The position numbers and the translations under genes are program-made. Shown here in pieces: positions 16,589-21,893 of a stretch of DNA of 21,893 nucleotides. Positions within the stretch are counted from its first letter, which is position 1. Each line of letters starts with the position of its first letter. The stretch lies in IMG/VR virus record IMGVR_UViG_2061766007_001580; one strand, written 5' to 3'. The notes beneath the pieces were generated by a model, which saw nothing but the letters and a program-made list of their open reading frames with translations, ran no database searches and was not told where the DNA came from. The DNA comes from an uncultured virus (IMG/VR IMGVR_UViG_2061766007_001580) (Duplodnaviria; Heunggongvirae; Uroviricota; Caudoviricetes).

Positions 16589-16909
16589 TCACCAAGCATA
16601 TTTCCCCCATGCAAACTCATTGTGGCAACCACCCTCGTCAGGAAAAAGTTTAGTTGTCTTTTGATGAATAAGATAACAAAAACATTCTTCAAAAGCAGAT
16701 GTTATTAACGTTCGTTTAAACCGAAACAATACTGTCCTGTCGGTTTTGAGGGTAAAAGTAACAAACGACCACGACCATATACCCAATTCACCAAATCTTC
16801 TAGTATGACCAAACCTCACTGTTTCAACAGCGTGACTGTTGTAAAATTCAACTAAATCAGTTAGCAATTCCTTTTGCTCAGGTGTTAAATCATCTTCATT
16901 CATCTGCAC
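16589..16909 (-). CDS. Hypothetical protein (intact allele, 106 aa)
   Basis: RBS GGAG; homologous to 15234-15557. Confidence 0.7.
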   Translation of the reverse strand: MQMNEDDLTPEQKELLTDLVEFYNSHAVETVRFGHTRRFGELGIWSWSFVTFTLKTDRTVLFRFKRTLITSAFEECFCYLIHQKTTKLFPDEGGCHNEFAWGKYAW

Positions 16910-17228
16910 TATCTTCTCCTACACAAGTATCATCACGGAATGACGGATTGTAAACAAGGTTGGATTTTGGAGGTTTATACCATTCCAAACTCGTAACGTT
17001 CTTGCTTGATAAATCCCATCTAACTCTGATAAATGGCGAATAGGCATCAGTAAACGCACTTGTATAATATTCGTCATGTATATCCATTCGATGTTGCATC
17101 ATTATCATGGCAACATCGTTGAACGTGGCGTGACTAAACCGCCTTTTCCTTGATGATAAGTCATATAACAACCCTCTAATCAACCATGTATAACAATCTA
17201 TGGCACACTTATACCCAGNNNNNNNNNN

Positions 17229-18165
17229 CCGCCATTGGTGCTTTAATTGCACCGTCATGTTCATATCCCACCAACTTAAAATCACTTGTCTTTACAGATT
17301 TTAAGAATGAATCTATGTTACTATAATCAGCGTTCGCAGGCAACTCTAATTGTGGTAATTTGTGAGGTGTGCGAGTTAATTGCTCTTCAACTTGTTCAAT
17401 GTGGTTTTTGTAAATATGCGTGTTACCTAAACTTCCTATCAATTCGTGAGGGGTTTTACCTGTCATTCTTGCCACGATATGCAACAGCAGAGCGTAACTA
17501 GCGATGTTGAAAGGAATCCCCAAAAAGCAATCTGCACTCCTTTGATTCCACATCAAACTTAATTTATCCCCATCCACATCAAACTGATACGAGAAATGGC
17601 AAGGGGCTAAAGACATGGTTGGCAAGTCAGCAGGATTCCAAGCTGAAACAACAAGTCTGCGTGAGTTCGGATTGCTTTTAATTTCGTTGATAATATTCTT
17701 TATTTGGTTTACTTCAACAGTCTGATAATAGACATTATACCCATGTATAGAACCATCTTGTTTATACATCGGATCTTTAATTTCTTTAACACCTCTAAAG
17801 CTACACCATTGACTTCCATAAATTCGGCCTAGCTCACCGTCAGTATAACCTAACGCCTTTCCCTGATGTTCATAGTTATCAGTCCAAATAGTTCTGCGTT
17901 CCTTTTCAGTGAGTTCCGCATAAGGCTTATTATCGTTCTTAATCTCGGCTAAACGATGTTCATTGGTAGAACCCTCTAAAAACCAGAGTAACTCGCTACA
18001 CATAGCACGAAAAGCCAGTGCCTTTGTAGTTACCGCAGGAAAACCGTCTTGCATATTAAAACGAATTTGTCTGCCAAATACGGCAATAGTGCCTACTCCT
18101 GTTCTATCTTCCCTTTCAGTTCCGTTGTCTAAAACATCTTGTAATAAATCTAAATACTGTCTCAT
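17229..18165 (-). CDS. thyA: Thymidylate synthase (T4 td-like; last codon(s) in gap)
   Basis: MRQYLDLL..DRTGVGT, FPAVTTK, ELLWFL, NSRRLVVSAWNP, LAPCH, QRSADCFLGIPFNIASY, HIYKNH, IKAPMA. Insert TIWTDNYEHQGKALGYTDGELG resembles T4 td. Confidence 0.97.
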
Positions 18166-18287
18166 TTTAACTTTACCTTTTANNNNNNNNNNCACATCAT
18201 CAGGTGTCTTGCCGATTTCTTTCATGTAATCAAGTGTTTCAGTTAATAAATTCATATTTCACCTCGATATTGTTACANNNNNNNNNN

Positions 18288-18473
18288 CTTATCCGCAATT
18301 CTCACAGAGTAAAATGACACGCTTTTATCAGCCTGCACATGTCTATTGCCGTAATAAAATAATACCCAATATGGAACTAATTTTGCACTCCCTGAATACA
18401 GTACGTTGTCTTGTGAGAATTTTATCACTACATTATCATCAAAGTGTGAATGTAAAAACTCTGTTAATCCCAT
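18288..18473 (-). CDS. Hypothetical protein, 3' end in gap
   Basis: Coupled to the upstream stop (TAAATG) with RBS AGGTG. Confidence 0.55.
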
Positions 18474-18734
18474 TTATTCACCTACTAAAACTTTTGCACA
18501 AATCAAATATTCAGCAACACTCACAGCAAAGATAATTAGAATAAGGCTGGTGTACTGATAAAACAATACTGTCAACGCAACATTTTTCTTGGTATCATCA
18601 TCGACATGCTTACTGTCACCATGCTGTTTCATTAAACGTATAGCACACTTGCTCACGTCAAAAGGAAAGCTGAAAAATCTTATCACTGCAAAACCGATAA
18701 GTACACTAATTATAATAACATCAATACTAATCAT
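18474..18734 (-). CDS. Hypothetical two-TM membrane protein
   Basis: Hydrophobic stretches VIIISVLIGFAVIRFFSFPF and VALTVLF..LILIIFAVSVA. Confidence 0.6.
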   Translation of the reverse strand: MISIDVIIISVLIGFAVIRFFSFPFDVSKCAIRLMKQHGDSKHVDDDTKKNVALTVLFYQYTSLILIIFAVSVAEYLICAKVLVGE

Positions 18735-20193
18735 TACTTACTTTTTCCTGTTCTTCTTTAAATCTTGAAAATGCTGTTTTTTGCTTATTAGAACACATCG
18801 TGTAAAATATATTATGCGTGTTCAAATACTCTCTGTCTTCTTCCCACTGCTGTGCAGATGTATAACTCTTATACCAAGTTCTTCTATCTCCGTCAAACTT
18901 CATACCTAAATTTTTTGCAAAAATCTTGTTGTCGTATGAAAGTTTAATGTGAACTTCTATTGTGTTCTGTAAAGCATTGTTATAAAGCTCTTGCACTGCC
19001 TCATTATAATGTATTACAGCACCTAAAGCAAGACAATCATTCACAGCTCTGTGAGCATTGTAAAAATAACCCAGCTTGTACATTAAGGTTTCAAGGTTTT
19101 TCTTGTGGCAACCCCTTTTACCCCAATCAATTTCGGTTAAGCTATCAGCCCACGGCTTATCTGCTAATTCAGGAAAAGCCTTATCGACAAACTTACGGTC
19201 GAAACCTGCATTGTGAGCTACGATTAAATACTTGCCTTTTGGCAGATGATCNNNNNNNNNNACCATCGTATAAAATATATTATGCATGTTCAAATACTCT
19301 CTGTCTTCTTCCCAATGCTGTGCAGATGTATAACTCTTATACCAAGTTCTTCTATCTCCGTCAAANNNNNNNNNNNNNNNNNNNNNNNNNNNNNNNNNNN
19401 NNNNNNNNNNNNNNNNNNNNNNNNNNNNNNNNNNNNNNNNNNNNNNNNNNNNNNNNNNNNNNNNNNNNNNNNNNNNNNNNNNNNNNNNNNNNNNNNNNNN
19501 NNNNNNNNNNNNNNNNNNNNNNNNNNNNNNNNNNNNNNNNATAACCCTTTTTACCCCAATCAATTTCGGTTAAGCTGTCAGCCCACGGCTTATCTGCTAA
19601 TTCAGGAAAAGCCCTATCGACAAACTTACGGTCAAAACCTGCATTGTGAGCTACGATTAAATACTTGCCTTTTGGCAGATGATCCTTAAAGCTGTCATAA
19701 GTGATGTGCTTGCCTGTAACCATTTCATTTGTAATGCCTGTGATCTGTGTAATTTCATCGCTGATCGGTTTTGAGGGTTGATTAAAGCCGTCATACACAT
19801 CATCAATGCTGATAATGGTATTCCATCTTACGTTGTAGGTTACGACTACAAAAGCCAGTTCGATAATTTCATTTGTCTTGTGATCAGTGCCAGTGGTTTC
19901 GGTATCAAGCAAAACCATCTGCCTGTTATCAGAGCTACCTACAATGTGTTCATTGACAACCAACGGACTAAANNNNNNNNNNCTGTCTTGTGATCTGTGC
20001 CAGTGGTTTCGGTATCAAGTAAAACCATCTGTCTGTTATCAGAGCTACCTACAATGTGTTCATTGACAACCAACGGACTAAACTTAATATCATCACCGTT
20101 GATTGTGATAGAGTCTTCAAAAGGGTTTAAGCGTAACAGCTTAAACTTGTCAGGAGACTTTGTTATTTCTGCTATTTCTTCATTTGTAATCAT
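18727..20193 (-). CDS. DEDDh 3'-5' exonuclease (DnaQ/epsilon-like) with C-terminal DUF5710-like domain; fragmented into allelic pieces
   Basis: ExoI LLDTETTG, ExoII AHNAGFD, ExoIII AHRAVND; C-terminal YDNKIFAKNLGMKFDGDRRTWY. Start MITNEE overlaps the nrdG stop (ATGA). Confidence 0.9.
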
Positions 20194-20805
20194 ATCTGTT
20201 CTTCCTGCATTGTTTTTAAATTCCAAATCTTTTGATTATCAGAGCCACGGAAAGGTTTTACATGCCCTTCGTTTTCTTCGTACTTGCCGTCAACAAGATA
20301 ATCTACATACTGTTGCAAATCAAAGACCAGTGAAGTTGACTGTTTTTTAAGTTCTTGAAAAGTGTAACCTGTATAAACCCAAATCTTAATTTCAGGCTTA
20401 AATTCTTTTACATCTCGGCAGATCTGTAAAACTGACAGTCTGTTATACACACTTAACGGATCGCCACCGCTGATAGTTAATCTGCTGATATTAGGGTTTT
20501 CAATAGTCTTTAACAGATACCTCATAGTTTCTTCGGTAAAAGGTTCACCACCGTATCTGTTCCATGTCTTTTTATTGAAACATTCTCTACAGTGATGTTC
20601 ACAGCCTGCTACAAACAAAGTAGTACCAAAGCCTGTACCGTTNNNNNNNNNNAGTTTCTTCGGTAAAAGGTTCACCGCCATATCTGTTCCATGTCTTTTT
20701 ATTGAAACATTCTCTACAATGATGTTCACAGCCTGCTACAAACAAAGTAGTACCAAAGCCTGTACCGTTGTTACATTCTACAGGCTCAATTCCAAAATAA
20801 TTCAT
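20190..20805 (-). CDS. nrdG: Anaerobic RNR activase (radical SAM); 5' part duplicated across the gap
   Basis: NGTGFGTTLFVAGCEHHCRECFN (CxxxCxxC), LTISGGDPL, IWVYTGY, DYLVDGKY, FRGSDNQ. RBS AAGGAG. Confidence 0.95.
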
Positions 20806-20821
20806 TACTTAATAAATCTCC

Positions 20822-20992
20822 TTAATCTTCTGCCTTTGCTGAAAATTCGAGCTTTGGTGCTTGTTCTTTCACAACAAGCATCTTGTCGATAATAGCCTTT
20901 TCTGCATCTGAATACTGCTTATACTCGCTGGCAACAAGACTGTGCTTAACGTTGAACAGTGAGCCGATATTGATAAATGCCTTTTCACATTC
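20822..20992 (-). CDS. C-terminal part of a hypothetical phage protein; not in ORF track in this frame
   Basis: ECEKAFINIGSLFNVKHSLVASEYKQYSDAEKAIIDKMLVVKEQAPKLEFSAKAED* stops at the nrdG RBS. The fragment KKTEMALRKELVEKNF (21168-21240) may be its N-terminal part. Confidence 0.55.
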   Translation of the reverse strand, partial: ECEKAFINIGSLFNVKHSLVASEYKQYSDAEKAIIDKMLVVKEQAPKLEFSAKAED

Positions 20993-21002
20993 NNNNNNNN
21001 NN

Positions 21003-21123
21003 AAGCCTTGTCTCTCACATAAAAGCCTAAATCATCTTCACCGTAAACATTGTGATCCCATTCAACAACGAGCATGTTGTAAAAACGTTTCATGCTCTTT
21101 AAACTCGGCTTTTGGTAGTCCAT
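21003..21123 (-). CDS. N-terminal fragment of a hypothetical protein
   Basis: RBS GAGGTGG followed by MDYQKPSLKSMKRFY...; runs into a gap. Confidence 0.45.
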
Positions 21124-21764
21124 ATCATTATAACCACCTCTTGTAGAGTCGAATAAANNNNNNNNNNATTCTTGCCCTTCTTGCTTTCCACAAAGTTCTT
21201 TTCAACAAGTTCCTTACGCAGAGCCATTTCAGTCTTCTTGNNNNNNNNNNNNNNNNNNNNNNNNNNNNNNNNNNNNNNNNNNNNNNNNNNNNNNNNNNNN
21301 NNNNNNNNNNNNNNNNNNNNNNNNNNNNNNNNNNNNNNNNNNNNNNNNNNNNNNNNNNNNNNNNNNNNNNNNNNNNNNNNNNNNNNNNNNNNNNNNNNNN
21401 NNNNNNNNNNNNNNNNNNNNNNNNNNNNNNNNNNNNNNNNNNNNNNNNNNNNNNNNNNNNNNNNNNNNNNNNNNNNNNNNNNNNNNNNNNNNNNNNNNNN
21501 NNNNNNNNNNNNNNNNNNNNNNNNNNNNNNNNNNNNNNNNNNNNNNNNNNNNNNNNNNNNNNNNNNNNNNNNNNNNNNNNNNNNNNNNNNNNNNNNNNNN
21601 NNNNNNNNNNNNNNNNNNNNNNNNNNNNNNNNNNNNNNNNNNNNNNNNNNNNNNNNNNNNNNNNNNNNNNNNNNNNNNNNNNNNNNNNNNNNNNNNNNNN
21701 NNNNNNNNNNNNNNNNNNNNNNNNNNNNNNNNNNNNNNNNNNNNNNNNNNNNNNNNNNNNNNNN

Positions 21765-21893
21765 GTTTAGGCTGACAACGAAATTCAGGCGGTTAGGCAA
21801 AGGCTTTTTACCCAAACTGTTGAATGTGTTTCTACCCATAATCACAGTATGACCAGTTGTTGTGTTTTTAAACTCTTTTAAGTCTGCTGAACA
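21765..21893 (-). CDS. folA: Dihydrofolate reductase, internal fragment
   Basis: [41 protein letters not shown] is the DHFR signature. Confidence 0.95.

Noticed and set aside
14867..17218. Real tandem duplication of a multi-gene block
   Set aside because: Each copy is bounded by N joins and shares the same gene order, so allelic contigs are the simpler explanation.
17500..17540. Intron in thyA at the T4 td site (FLG|xPFN)
   Set aside because: The frame is continuous through TTT TTG GGG ATT CCT TTC AAC.
17209..18255. N-terminally extended ThyA fusion (MNLLTETL...)
   Set aside because: Chimera across the gap at 18183-18192; the extension is an allele of the 15899-16291 gene start.
913..20350. 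Short antisense or alternate-frame ORFs and poly-X ORFs in the track (e.g. 913-1182, 6544-7431, 9729-9968, 11555-11853, 17963-18229, 18960-19544)
   Set aside because: They shadow well-supported genes or consist mostly of N gaps, and show no recognisable motif.

Overview
AT-rich fragment of a large lytic-type bacteriophage genome, probably infecting an anaerobe (it has a class III RNR). It is scaffolded from a mixed-strain metagenome: many 10-N joins separate near-identical allelic copies of the same genes. From left to right: the end of a tail/receptor-binding cluster (CBM5/12-like repeats, lectin-like C-terminal domain), a small 2-TM protein, a divergent family B-type DNA polymerase, a GalE-like SDR, a phage-encoded beta sliding clamp (dnaN), a protein made of six tandem HTH-like modules, then a long minus-strand block with dfr/folA, nrdG, a DnaQ-like exonuclease, T4-like thyA, many small hypothetical genes and nrdD. 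The main finding is a compact 246-nt ORF-less group I intron (10443-10688, minus strand) that splits nrdD exactly between Gly and the catalytic Cys of the MG|CRSF motif, with all core helices traceable by eye. Also seen: a two-gene cassette bounded by 23-bp direct repeats with a matching empty allele, a recurrent AAAAGTGTG-n-(-10) promoter motif followed by terminator-like hairpins, and several small ORFs missed by the ORF track.
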